From the human T2T-CHM13v2.0 reference genome, Homo sapiens, in the NCBI RefSeq assembly GCF_009914755.1, contig NC_060935.1: a stretch of DNA of 64,000 nucleotides. One strand, written 5' to 3'. The notes under the pieces were generated by a model. The model was given only the letters and a program-made list of their open reading frames with translations, did no database searches and was not told where the DNA came from. Positions 14,001 to 29,075 of this stretch are shown piece after piece; the stretch's first letter is position 1, and each line of letters starts with the position of its first letter. The position numbers and the translations under genes were made by a program.

Positions 14001-14310
14001 CCAGGAGGGAACATCCTGAAGTGTCAGAGCAAAGTAAGGCATGTGGCTTAGAGTAATGACCGCAGTCAGGGCCAGGCAAGATGTAAATTGTTTACTCATG
14101 TTATTGGTTTTCCTGTCTTCCCTACTGGCCAAAGTGACTATCTCTTACGAAGAGACAATGTGATGTCAAGGAAGTTGGAAGGCACGGATTTACATCTGGT
14201 TTATAAATGTTGGCCAAGCCTTCTATATATTTATTATTTCATAAAATTGTACTTTTAAATCAAAATGACATGTTTTGTTAGATTTAGACATTAAACAAAA
14301 CGTTGTTACC
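11062..14310 (+). pseudogene. ZNF75CP: Processed pseudogene of a SCAN-KRAB-C2H2 zinc-finger gene (ZNF75D-like)
   Basis: Intronless SCAN (~11627-11885), KRAB-A ([16 protein letters not shown], ~12194-12320) and five C2H2 fingers (~12585-12990). In-frame TAG at 12011-12013 and 12476-12478, and a frameshift at ~12505-12515. Finger 3 has C>Y and finger 4 H>Y. Stop TGA at 13024-13026, a long 3'UTR, ATTAAA at 14290-14295, then an A-rich tail. The symbol is recalled from the locus, not searched. Confidence 0.9.
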
Positions 14311-14344
14311 AAAATAATGAATGAATGAATCAATCAATCAATGA

Positions 14345-14465
14345 ATGAGGTGGGGACTCACTTTGTCACCCAGGCTGGAGTACAGTGGCTAGGTCATAGC
14401 TCACTGTAGCCTAGAGCTGCTAGGCTGAAGCAGTCCTTCTACTTTAGATTCCGTGTGAGCCCCCC
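14345..14465 (-). mobile_element. Old Alu monomer/arm; its T-tail lies at 10719-10750
   Basis: gaggtggggactcactttgtcacccaggctggagtacagtgg continues ttttaagacgtggggtctca from 10731-10750. Confidence 0.75.
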
Positions 14466-15333
14466 ACAATGGAATATCTTCTTTTTCTTTTCTTTCTTTT
14501 TAAAACTCTTCTTTTCCTCACACTGTATGACCTCTGAGGCTCCAACTACTCCTTATCTGGCATGCTTCCCACATGATCCCTTGGGCTGTCATCTTCTCTA
14601 GATGTACTAGCATTGGTCAAGGTTTTCAGACACTTTCTGAAATACGCATTTCTAAAGTCTAGGGTACGATGTTCTTGCTCTTCACTGCTAACAAGCTAAA
14701 CTGACCATCACGTTATCAAGTTCTCATCAAGTTTATATTACCAAAATCTCTACCAATGGGTCAGAATTAAGTCCACAGTAACAGTGGTCTCTCAGTGGGT
14801 TGAGAAACAAATTTGTTAACACGATAGAAAAGGATGTGTAGAACTGCTTAATCATTACATAACAAATAGTTGAAATCTGCCATCACTCACATATCCTGCT
14901 GTCAGACTGTACAGAGTTAGCAAGAAAAATCCACAAATAAATGACAGAAGGGAATCACAATGGACTAAGGAGCTTTACTCACAATCTGCCAACTACCTCA
15001 TGTAGAAAGTGAGGCTCAAAGAGATTAGATGACTTATCCAAAGCTATATTCCTACTAAATAGTAGAGCCAGGATTCAAATTCAGTTTATTTTATATGGAG
15101 ACACCAACCAGGCACTAGAGGAAGATTGCTTGGGGTCAAAATGTGGTTCTTTTATTTTCTAATGGAGACATCTTTTGCAATTTTCCTAAATACCCTGTCC
15201 TTTAGTTTCTTATCCACAAAATGGAGAAAATAAAAGTGAAGGTTAACTAATACATAAGAAATGCACAGGACAGTACTCTATATAGTAAGTGCTCAATATG
15301 TATATAATATGCATAATAAATTATGACTCCGTA

Positions 15334-15615
15334 TTTTTTTTTTTTTTAGACAGAGTCCAGGCTGGAGTGCATGGCACGATCTTGGCCCACTGCAATCTGT
15401 TTCCTGGCTTCAAGCGATTCTTGTGCCTCAGCCTTCCAAGTAGCTGGGACTATAGGCATGCACCACCACACCCGCTAATTTTTCTATTTTTCAGTAGAGA
15501 CGGGGTTTTTTTGCCTTGTTGGCCAGACTGGTCCTGAAGTCCAGACTTCAAGAGATCCAGCTGCCTCAGCCTCCCAACGTGCTAAGATCACAAACATGAG
15601 CCACTGTGCCTGGCC
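15334..15615 (-). mobile_element. Alu
   Basis: Alu dimer, diverged. Confidence 0.9.
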
Positions 15616-15621
15616 TCCACA

Positions 15622-15913
<292 letters not shown>

Positions 15914-16598
15914 ATCATATTGTTTATAGATGGGGCTCACAATATAGTCCCAGAACATAATTTCTCTTGTCTTTATCCAAATGTTCTCTACCAACCTTTT
16001 GCCCTCAGAGCTATGGATATCCTTAGAGAACATAACTTCAAAATAAGCAAATGCAATGATTCTATTCCCACCATCAGTCCTGCTTATTTTTGTTTTGTTA
16101 AAAAGAGAGAGAAAGAGACTGAGAACTAGAGCGAGAAAGAAAGTTAACCCTTACCTTACTTTAAATCATACTTCTTTGGGTAGAAACAGAAGAATGAGAA
16201 ACTCCACCCAACGGAGAAATGAACTAGGGATGTATTGGTCAGAAAAGATCTTTCTCCTAGAAATCTACCTGAAAAGTCTAAGGATGTCAATAGAATTCAA
16301 ACTGATATTTAATGAGTACATATTAAGCATTTACTCAACAGGTGGTAAAATTAGCACAAGACCTAGTCTTTGCTCCCAGGGTCCTCCTAAGCTGGCAGAG
16401 GAGAGGTATTCATGCTCCTAGTTTCTTGGCAGAATGTATTAAGTGCCAAGATAGAGTCTCAATCAACATGTTCTGAGATCACAACAGGAAAAATGACATT
16501 TTACTTTGGGAGAAACATCTGAGATTGACATGAAGAACAACTCCATGTCCTTTTCTACCTTTTCTTTTAGAGAATGACAGAAAAGCATGTGGTTTTCC

Positions 16599-16893
16599 TT
16601 TTTTTTTTTTTTGAGACAGAGTTTTGCTCGTTGCCCAGGAAGGAGTGCAATGGCACAATCTCGGCTCACTGCAACCTCCGCCTCCCGGGTTGATGTGATT
16701 CTTTTGCCTCAGCCTCCCAAGTAGCTGGGATTACAGGCATGTGCCACCACACCCAGCTAATTTTTTGTATTTTTAATAGAGACAGGGTTTCTCCATGTTG
16801 GTCAGACTGGTCTCGAACTCCCAACCTCAGGTGATCCACCCACCTCGGCTTCCCAAAGTGCTGGATTACAGGCGTGAGCCACCGCGCCCGGCC
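16599..16893 (-). mobile_element. Alu (AluS-like)
   Basis: Full dimer, TSD gtggttttc. Confidence 0.95.
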
Positions 16894-17626
16894 GTGGTTT
16901 TCTTTTCAGGTAAGAATGTTCTGAAAATAGTGGTGATGGCTGTACAACTGCATAAATATACTGAAAACACTGAATATGTACACTTTTAAATGGTGACTTT
17001 TATGGTATGTGAATTACATCCCAACAAAGCTGTTATTTTCAAAACAGAATTGAGACACCATAAAGTTGAAGCCCCTTTTACCACCCCTGCCAGTCAAATC
17101 CCCACAAGTTACCAATATCATCAGTTTACTATCATTCTTTTGTTATACCTTTCTCTCTCGCAATGCCTAGCTGAAGTTCTTGCACACAGCAGGAATTTTA
17201 GGCATTTGTTGCATAATAATTTTGTACATGGATAAGATAATACTTTGTTCTTTTCAGCATAATATAGATCCTTTTGTATCTACCACCACATAAATTCAGT
17301 AGTTCAGGACCAGGCAGCTTTAGAGTACAGTTTATGTTAACACTACACACGCCACGTGCAGTAACAAAAGAAAATAGTACTCACTGGCTCAAAGCTCACC
17401 AATCACAAATTCAGTTAACAAAAAACCTTGATATGGAAGTTCATGAAAATAAGGAGATAATTTGCATCTGTTCCCTTGGTTTACAAAGGGTTTGAAATAA
17501 ATGAAACCAGGCTTGGCGAGGCTATTGCTTTATAGCCCACACCAGCAAGCTATAAACAAAGGATTTCTCACTAGGTCAACCCAACTTATACAGAGGCCTT
17601 AAACAGTCTCATAAAAAGACTTGTTC

Positions 17627-17848
17627 CTTTGGGAAGCCAAGGCAGGAGGATCACTTGAGCCCAGGAGTTTGAGACCAGCCTGAGAAACATAGTGAGATCC
17701 CGTATCTACAAAAAAGAAAATAAAAATTAGCTGAGTATGGTGGCAGGTGCCTGTAATCCTAGCTACTCGGGAGGCTGATGCACAAGAATCACTTGAACCA
17801 GGGAGGCGGAGGTTGCAGCAAGTCAAGATGGTGCCATTGCACTCCAGC
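17627..17848 (+). mobile_element. Alu, partial
   Basis: Alu body truncated at both ends. Confidence 0.9.
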
Positions 17849-18305
17849 ATATATAGATATATATAAAGAAATTGCTAAGAGACTGGTGGACCTATAGAGG
17901 CCTATGGTTGGGACAAGCAGTTCTCAGTGTATAGAGACTTTGAGACAGATGTCCAATACCGCGATCTCCTCCAATAATGGGTTCATGCACATCACTCCGA
18001 AAGACAGAATAAGTCTCAACAGGTGACTCAGGAATACATCAGAAATTAGACACTGAAGTAGAAAATTCCACAGATACCAATGTAGATATCCTCTTCTCTC
18101 TCACACAGATACATAGTAAGCATTACATAATCCGTGATATGTATTAAACATCAACGGTTTGCCAGACACTGTTCTAGATTGATGAGGATCTGGAGATCAA
18201 TAACGCAGATGAAATCCCTGCCTTGACCAAGTAAGATTTCCAGCAGAAATAGGGAAGTGGGCGGTACTATGAAAGCGGAAGTATTTACTCAAAGAGCCCT
18301 GATTA

Positions 18306-19190
<885 letters not shown>

Positions 19191-19244
19191 GGAACAAAGA
19201 TGGAAACTGACAGAGAAGCAGACAGCTATAGAAAATATGAAAAC

Positions 19245-19572
<328 letters not shown>

Positions 19573-20639
19573 CTAAGCCTAGTTAGAAAGAAACCACTGT
19601 CCCATCACAAGGGACTAAATAAACTGTAACTCTTTTGATTGTTATCTATTTTATCTACAGATGCTACAATAGAAAACATTTCAGTTGTTAGGAACAATCA
19701 GTGCAGTCGAAAAGGAATATGGGTAAGGCACTACTCTGCTTGGCTTTTCAGGATGGGGCTAACATTCCTATGATGCCATTCCAAGTTGTCCATGAACCCA
19801 TTTTTGCCTCTTTCTCTTGATGCAAGTACATAATAGGTATTCAGTAACTTTGTGGAATGATCGATAGAGTCTGAGGAGGCAGGGGAGAGAGAAGATACTC
19901 TGGACAGAGCAGAGACCACGGTGGGCAAAGGTAATGAAGATGGGGGTACTGGGGAGAACAGAGAGACTCACTTGAACCTTGTTCTTCATCCCTCTCCATC
20001 CACACACCTTACCTCGACATTCATGAGCTCACATCTTTAGGCCTTTAAACTGTTCTCATTATTTGAAATGTTACTTTTCCATCTGTAGATGAACTCCTGT
20101 TCACTCTTCACATCCCAGCTCAATTATAATTTTCTCTGCAGCCTCTGACACTGCCCCACTCCAAGTGGAGTTAATCACCCTATTCTACTTTCTTGCAACA
20201 CTTTCCACCGTCTTATCTCTTGCTTCTGTACCTATGTGCCAAACACCAGGTTAGAAAAGAAAGATGACTATCCTTGAGAAGTCCCCATAATTAAGAGAAG
20301 AGACTAAAAACACAGTCACGCTGCAACATCATAGGAGCTGCAGAGAGGCAGGATGTTGAGGGAAGATAAATCTCCTTCAGGAGGATATCAGGAAGTATCA
20401 CAAACCATGTGACATTTGAGGCAGGCCTTGAAACTGAGTAAAGATCAAAAGGCTGCCTGGGGGAAATCTATGGAATCACAACTGCAAAGGTCTCAAAAGG
20501 GAGCTGCTGAGTTAACAGGAACATCAGGTCAGGTCAATCTTTTCCCTCCCTACTGCTGGAGATTCCCCCGCTCTAGTTATTCCAAGTTCCCTTATTACAA
20601 TGCCTGAAGTCACACAGTTTTCCCAATTACACGAATAAA

Positions 20640-21030
20640 GTGTATCAAAAAGCACCTTGCATTTGAACAAGTCATTTAAAATATGAGCCAATAATACATG
20701 AAAATATATTCAAACTCAGTAGCAATCAAAGAAATCCAAATCAAAACAACTATTTTTTCACCTATCAAATTATCAAGTATTAAAAAATTAAAATGTCTAA
20801 TATCAAAGAAGAATCAGGGAAGCCAAAACTATCCTTTCTGAGAGCCAATTTGGTATGATGCATCAAAAAGCCTTACAAATAATTATACCCTTTGAATCAG
20901 ACCCTCTTTTGCAGAAATTCATCCTAAGGATAAAAGTCTTTGCTCTAAAGATCATCACAGCATTATCTATTATAAAATAGCGGAAAATAGTTAAGGACTA
21001 AAATATCCAAGAACAGAAGAATCAAATAAA
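20640..21030 (+). mobile_element. Old L1M(E) 3' fragment
   Basis: tattcaaactcagtagcaatcaaagaaatccaaatcaaaacaac...tcacctatcaaatt, an L1 ORF2 3' signature. Confidence 0.65.
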
Positions 21031-21293
21031 TTTGGCACTGCAATAATTGTAACAGTTACCACTTATTTATAGAGTGTTTACAATGTGCCTGGCATTATCA
21101 TATTTAATACCACAGAAATCCATAAGGTAGTTATGTAAGAGAATGTTGAATGTGACTTTTTCAGTTGCCCCACAATTGGTAAATAGAACTCACAACTAAA
21201 GACAGAGAGGAGGTGAGTTCCCCACAAGGTAAAGACAGCAGTCAATAACTGGTGCCAGGCTAATTAAAGAATTTATTAAGAAGCCATACTATG

Positions 21294-21600
21294 GGCCAGG
21301 CGTGGTGGCTCACGCCCGTAATCCCAGCACTTTGGGAGGCCGTGGCAGGCAGATCATGAGGTCAAGAGATCAAGACCATCTTGGCCAACATGGTGAAACC
21401 CCATGTCTACTAAAAATATAAAAAATTTGCTGGGCGTGGTGGCACGCATCTCTAGTCCCAGCTACTTGGGAGGCTGAGGCAGGAGAATGGCGTGAACCCA
21501 GGAGGCGGAGGTTGCAGTTAGCCGAGATCGTGCCACTGCATTCCAGCCTGGGTGACAGAGCAAGACTCCATCTCAAAAAAAACACCAAAAAACAAAAAAG
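21294..21600 (+). mobile_element. Alu (AluS/Y-like)
   Basis: Full dimer, TSD aagaagc(c/t)atactatg. Confidence 0.95.
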
Positions 21601-22458
21601 AAGCTATACTATGAGATCTTCTACCCCAACCATGTGCTCCTGCACTGTCCCTCTCCCTCCACAGTCCACAAAAGAAGAGCAGAGATAAGAGGGGAAATCT
21701 TGGATTCCCTGACCTACTATAATGTGCTGTATTTTGGGGTGGTCCTCTCCCTACCCCACGGTGGGCTCCAAGATCATCAGTTACAGAGACTAGGGGTACC
21801 AAAAAAGAAAAAAGAAAAGAAAAGGTTTGGGGTAATAACTTTTAAAAAGTGTAATGTCTTGTGAATATCTGATCAGGCAGTCGACTTACAGATTTGGCCT
21901 GCACCAATCTGGACAGAGGAAGGAGAAACTGAGCAAGAAGGAGCAGCACTGCTGTTACCCCACTGTTTGGCACAGATATGTCTTCCCTGGGTCATACAGT
22001 CCATAGAAATTGCTGGTCTTAAGCCCTCTTGCCAGTTCCCCACCCAAAACGGCTGCCCAATAAGCAAGTGGACCAGGGCCAGGTGGTACCAGAGAAGAGT
22101 GAGGATGTCCTGAAAGAGACGAAAAGAACTAAATACCAGTTTCTTCTCCAGGTCTGGAGATCATGCGGTGAGGAAGCCCACCCTCCAAAGAACTCACAAC
22201 AATGGGGAGTGGACCCACAGACAGTGCTAGACAGGCAACCTGTAAATGCCATCTAGGAGGACTCAAGAGCAGCCAGTGAAGAGACTCGTATCCTTGTCCC
22301 TCGCCCTCTTGCTCATTTTACACACTGGGCAACTGGGCACTGGAATGACTGGAGACCAGAAGGGCCAGGGAAGAAATATCAGAGAGAGACTGTATCTCCT
22401 CCCACCCCTACACTCTCCAAGGTGAAGAATGGGGAAGAGGAGTAAAAAAAATCAACCA

Positions 22459-22752
22459 GGCCAGGCGCGGCGGCTCACGCCTGTAATCCCAGCACTTTGG
22501 GAGGCCAAGGCAGGCGGATCACATCAGGTCAGAAGTTCGAGACCATCCTGGCCAACACGGTGAAACCGTGTCTCTACTAAAAGTACAAAAATTAGCTGTG
22601 TGTGGTGGCACATGCCTGTAATCACAGCTACAAAGAAGGCTGAGGCAGGGGAATCACTTGAACCCAGGGGGCAGAGGTTGCAGTGAGCTCAGATCATGCC
22701 ACTGCATTCCAGCCCGGGCAACAGCAAGTCTCCATCTCAAAAACAAACCAAC
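22459..22752 (+). mobile_element. Alu (AluS-like)
   Basis: Full dimer. Confidence 0.95.
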
Positions 22753-23889
22753 CAAGTCTACCTTTTCCCACTTCATATCCCAATAGCCACAAGCCTGGTT
22801 AGAGTAACAGGAGTAAGTAAACCTTTCAATTAGATATACTGAACTTTTCAAATGGTCAACTTTCAGTAACCCAGTGTGACCAGGAGGTTGTGAACTCTGC
22901 CTAAGGTATCATCTGTCCTTGAGAGGAGAAGGGAGATTTGGACAGAGCAGTTGGGAGTTCTGACTGGAGAAAAACACAATTGTTCATGTTTGCACCCCTC
23001 TAAGCGAAAACTATTCAATTAACAGGCTAAGGTTGCCATTATCTCTATTTTACAGACTAGGAGATTAAAGCTCAGAAAGATTAAGAAACTTGCCCACACC
23101 CACAAAGCATATGGGAGGTTTAGTTTGGATTCCAATCCAGGACTAACCTCAGAGCTCATGCTTTTTATGATTACATGAGGATTTTTCAAAATAGCATCCA
23201 ACATATCCTTAGGGATCTGCAAAGCCAGTACACATTTCTTTTTTCAATCTTGAGTTTTCAACTCAAGCATTATCTTCTTAAAAAATATAAGCATAGTATC
23301 GACTACCTGAATCATCTTGCAGGTGAATGCTGATCCTTGATTGCCAGCATTTGCATTTAAAATCTTACAGATATCAAGTAGTAAGTTCCTTAATTTTCAT
23401 ATACTAATGACTAATCAGAAAGGACAGAGGTGACAGCTTATAAATAATGTGGTCATACCAATTAAAAGCCAATGCCTTGCTACACAAAGCAAAGTTTCAC
23501 CGTAGTTCAAACAAAGAAATGTGGTAGGAAAAAAGTATGGGACACAGGACAGACAGGCATCAAAGAAGTGCTATATTCACATCTGAATCACCAATTTAGT
23601 TTCAGCAAAATATCTACTGTTGTTAACGTGAATTATATGGATTCTGAAGTTTTAAATTGAATTTGTAAATTTGTTTTCATATATAATTGTGGGAGAGCTA
23701 TAAGAACATGTTTACACCTCACAGTTTTTGTTTATACAAATTTTGGTAAAGAAATAATTAAAATAATTTAATTCAACAGCAAGAACCAGTACAAATATAT
23801 GTTTAAAGTGTCCTTATTACACATGCTTGAGAAACTCTGTGGCCATTAAAAACCTATGTTGTAGATGACTATTTTGTGATGCGGAAATA

Positions 23890-24183
23890 TTTTTTCTTTT
23901 TTCTTTTTTTTGAGGCAGAGTTTCACTCTTGTTGTCCAGGCTGGAGTGCTCTCAGGTCACCGCAACCTCCGCCTCCCGGGTTCAAGCGATTCTCCTGCCT
24001 CAGCCACCCGAGCAGCTGAGATTACAGGCATGTGCCACTGTGCCCGACTAATCTTGTATTTTTAGTAGAGATGGGATTTCTCTGTGTTGGTCAGGCTGCT
24101 CTCCAACTCCTGACCTCAGGTGATCCACCCACCTCAGCCTCCCAAAGTGCTGAGATCACAGGCGTGAGCCACTGCACCCGGCC
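23890..24183 (-). mobile_element. Alu (AluS-like)
   Basis: Full dimer, TSD ggaaatatttt. Confidence 0.95.
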
Positions 24184-25195
24184 AGGGAAATATTTTCAAT
24201 ATATTAACTTAAAGCACACAAAGGGTGAAACAGCCTCACCTTCATTTTGTAAAATATACATAGCACATATAAATACAGGAAAAAGAGACTAGGAAATACT
24301 CTAAAATATTAATGTTTAGGCTTGACAGGAGTATTACAAGTGCTATTTATTAATATTATTTTTGTGATGTGTGTTTATAATTACTTTATTGTGAATAAAA
24401 CAAGTATTAACAAAAAAATTCCATGTTTAATAGCGTATACTATGAAAGTTCCCAAAACCTGTTGCAAAACAAACAAACAAAAAAAACCCAAAACCAAATC
24501 ACATTTTCAATTCAATTCCAGTTCAAACTCTTTTTTTCGCCAAGGCAATATAACCAATCCTGAGTAATATTTGTTCAAAACTTAAAAGCATATAAAGCAC
24601 TAATGAACCAATAACTTACTGTGCTTTAGGTACCAAGGCTACAAGAACATGAACAAAGGGCATGGTGCATTGGAAAAGCTACCATTTTAGGGGAAGCACA
24701 GCGTAAACCAACAGTTACTGAGTGGTACTAAGGCCTGACGGTGACACAGGTGAACTAGAGGAAGGAGCTTCATAATTCATTCTGATGAGGTGGATGGTGC
24801 AGGAAAGACTGCCACAAGGTGGCAAGTGAAATTAGTCCTAAGAACATATGAGGAAATGAGGGCACAGAGGTGAAATGGCAGATTACCCACAAGTAAAATC
24901 TAAACATAGGTCTTATGACACTAACCTCACTGACCACACTAGACCAATCTCTTCCGGACTCCTATGGCACTGGTCTTTGTCATTTGTGTAGTATGTACTG
25001 CCTGGCAGTACATTCTACATTCAAGCTGCTTCCCCACCAAGACTATAAACTTTGAGGGGAATACTATGTACACTGTAGATACTTATGTACACTGTAGATA
25101 CTTACTATCTGTTAATGACAGTATCTTCAAGTGGACCTCTAACAGGTTTTAGCCTCAATAAGTTATAGTCTCTGTTGGTATCCAAAAAAGTAAAT

Positions 25196-25310
25196 CCAGG
25201 CACAGTGGTGCACCTATAGTCCCAGCTATTCAGGAGGCTAAGTGAGAGGAGCACTTGAGCTCAGGAGTTTGAGGCTGTAGTGTGCTATGGTCCTGCCTGT
25301 GAATAGCTAC
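25196..25310 (+). mobile_element. FAM (fossil Alu monomer) followed by (CA)n
   Basis: gaggctgtagtgtgctatggtcctgcctgtgaatagc is the FAM-type segment; CA repeat at 25309-25331. Confidence 0.75.
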
Positions 25311-26019
25311 ACACACACACACACACACACATCCCTGGCCTATACTCAATGTTTTCCTCTAGGAAATTATATGAAAAGATCAACAAACTCATTTCAACAA
25401 TCCTCATGATACTATACGTAAAACTTAGCACTTTCCCCTGCTCTTGCAAGTCAGCAGAACTCCAATTGGCATGTTCTTCCAATGCACACTAAGGAAAGAC
25501 ACGCTGTCTACCCGAGAAAATCTTCGCAGTGAACTGTGGTAATAGTTAATGACACCTAAATGTTATGGCTCATGAACATGGGTGAAACTCTCAGACATGC
25601 CACCTATATGACATGACAGGCCTGCACTGTATACAACAGTGAATAACTGGAAGTAACAAATGTTTAACTGGGGGAATGTGCACACAGGTGTGGTACATTC
25701 ACTTACGTGATATTTATAAGACTTATGTACATGTCTAGTATTTGCTTTAAATATTCCAGCAAAGAAACAGAAAAACAGATAGATGAAATGTGATGAAATC
25801 TTGATAAGATTTGAAATTGTGTGCATCAGTATTCTTTACTTTTGTGTATGACTGAAATTTTTCATAATTAAAAATTGGAAAAAATACTATGTAGATATAA
25901 GTGAAAAAATTCACAATGTTATAATAAAAAAAATAAAGTGATAACTGATGTTGGTTATAACCATGTAAAAAATGAGCGTGTGGCCAAAATAACAGCAATA
26001 GCAATTAGCACCCTTAGTG

Positions 26020-26400
26020 CCCATCATGGATTTTGGCATACCACTTTTACTAGAAGAAACCAGGACTCTGAGGAAATGGCTAGCTAATTCCAGGTCTGGG
26101 TCAGAAAATGTACAAGATAAACTTGGAACATCTTGTCATACCAGAGAACAAAGAAATTATCAAAGACTAGTAGGGTCAAGTCAAAAGGATCCAGAAATCA
26201 ACTCGAATAGGCTCCTGCTGGTTAAAGATAGGACAATCTGACTTTCAATAAGGATAACAACTCTAACAGATTCAAATGCATGGAATATGTTTAAACATGT
26301 GAGCTTATAATGATACTAAAAAATACCCTAATTGATCACTTTGAAGGATCCTAAGGAACTCACTCACTACTCTGACAGCAAGTAAATAAATAAGAAGCCA
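26020..26400 (+). mobile_element. L1MC-type 3' UTR fragment
   Basis: gaaaatgtacaagataaacttggaacatcttgtcatacc motif. Confidence 0.55.
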
Positions 26401-27909
26401 GCATAAAAATGGGTTAGAGGGGTAATTAGTTGTAAAGAATATCAGCGACTTCTGAAATTACCTTGATGATAGCTGCTGCCTTACAAGTGGCATCAAGCCT
26501 GCACCAAGCTGCTTACAGTCTCAAGCAAAGGGCTCATAATCTAGCAAAGGGAGACTGATAGCCCAATGTGAGAATGGCGAATTAGAGATGAAAAAAGTGT
26601 CATGGAAGCAAGCCCAGAAGGCGGCTCCCTTTGGAGGATCCTGCAGGGTAGGCAATCTGAGCTAACCTTTGAAGGGTTACCACTTACTGAGAAGTTTTTG
26701 CATTTTAAACCATTCTCAAACATTGGCCCCAGGATCTCACATATTGATCTTTACATCCCCCAGCACACACCTATTTCCCAGCGACTGGCCAAAGTCATAG
26801 CTTCAGACAAATCCCTGTGTGGTTTAATTTCCCTTCCATGAGACTGGCAGATCCTTGAGCTGTTCCTTTCAGGAAAAATTAACTCCCTAAAATTTGATGT
26901 GCTACCCAGCTTGAGAATTTCAGTTATGTTCTGACATTGTACATTCCAGGTATGGCTCAAATTTGAAAGGGATGTGAAGGCACCCATGCTCATGTTCAGA
27001 GTTCCTATGAATAGGTTAATAAATGTAAGTCAACATCATCCCTATGCCACCTCCCCCAGTACTTAATACTCTGGACTAGACACTGTGCTAAGATTTTTTT
27101 CACATGTTATTCTGATAAATGTGCAAACCCAGTGAAATAAGAAGCATTAGTCTAATTTTACAGACAAAGAAGTGGCCTCAGTGAATTAAAAGAATTAAGT
27201 CATTTGCTTAATGACCCTAAGGCCTTTGAAATACTGAGAGGTTTTCTGAACATAAACATTGTCAATATACACTGACATTTCACACTGAAGAAGTGGCCAT
27301 CTGTGAGGGAAAGACTCACTGAGTTAGTGATGCTCTTTATCAGTAAATGTCATCCTACCATCTAAGGCATTTACTGGGAATTATAAAATATTCCCCCCAG
27401 CTCTGAACTTTCAAAACTTCCTGCTTTCTGCTACAGATTCCTCCACTCTGGATGGAATTTTACTGGCCCCACACCCCATGTGCACCACCTCTTTCTCATT
27501 TTGAACACCATATTCCTTCCTAGGCCCTTATCTCTTGAGTCCAACTCACATGTCCACCTCCTATTCCAGGAAGCCCCTCCAACTTCTTCCACACCAAGAG
27601 CATTTGCCTTCACGCAACTTGGTGCCTGGATAACTCCATATAAGGGCATCATTCTGTTTCACATGTAGACTTCTAGTCTTTCTAGTCTGCAAATGCCTTG
27701 AAGGCAGGGATGAGTACTGATTTATTACCTTGGGAAGGGAAAGGATACAGTATATGCTCTATAAACACCTGTCAAAATTAATTTGGATGTAGACAACAGC
27801 CTGCTCAGGAACCTGTATTTCTCAGCATTTCTTATAAGCTTAAAGTTACTATATCTCATTGTCCCTTTCTACCTAGAGATAAAAAGCAACATCAAAGGTG
27901 TTTCATTAA

Positions 27910-28225
<316 letters not shown>

Positions 28226-28419
28226 TCATTAAGCGAAGCAGCAGGCATGTCTTCCAGCTCTGTGCAACTTCATTGCCTCAGGTCCTTACATGTCACTGAG
28301 AGAATATTCCATAATCATTCATGGCTGTGGAGATTCCATCCTGTCTTTTCTCTTGGGTTAGAAATATGAGCAAGACCAATTACTAACCTTTACCAAGTGA
28401 GGTTTAAAAAAAAAAAACT

Positions 28420-28794
28420 GTCATAAAATGTACAGAATACAAAATTTATCATCTTATCATTTTTAAGTGTACAGCTCAGTGGCATTAAGTACATTCACAT
28501 TGCTGTTGCCACCATTACCACCAATGTCCAGAACCCTTTATCTTGCAAAACTGAAACTCTGTACCCATTAAACAATAGCTGCTCATTGTCCCCTACCCCT
28601 AGCCCCTGGCAACTAGCACTAGACTTTCTGTCTCTCTGAATTTGACTACTCTAGTACCTCACATAAGTAGAATCATACAGTATTTGTCCTTTTGTGACTG
28701 GCTCATTTTATTTAGCATAATGTCATCAAGGTTCATCTATGTTGTATCATGTCCATGTATTAAAGTTTTCTTCCCTTTTAAGGCTGAACAGTAT

Positions 28795-28839
<45 letters not shown>

Positions 28840-29075
28840 TGGCTCCTTTTATTTAGCATAATGTCATCAAGGTTCATCTCTGTTGTAGCATGTCCATGTA
28901 TTAAAGTTTTCTTCCCTTTTAAGGCTGAACAGTATTCCAGTGTGTGTGCGTGTGTGTATATATATGTATACCAGATAGCATATATGTGATATGTATATGT
29001 GTGTATATATGAACACACACATATCACATTTTGTTTATTCAATTATCTGTTGGTGGACACTTGAGTTGCTTCCAA
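28420..29075 (-). mobile_element. L1MB-type 3' fragment containing (TG)n and an internal tandem duplication
   Basis: tttttaagtgtacagctcagtggcattaagtacattcac...ggacacttgagttgcttcca. Confidence 0.85.
28797..28838. repeat. (TG)n microsatellite
   Basis: About 21 uninterrupted GT units. Confidence 0.95.

Noticed and set aside
21870-22440. Purine-rich, GC-elevated block with short ORFs, as a possible exon or old LTR
   Set aside because: Could not assign a family, splice structure or protein similarity by eye; needs a Dfam search
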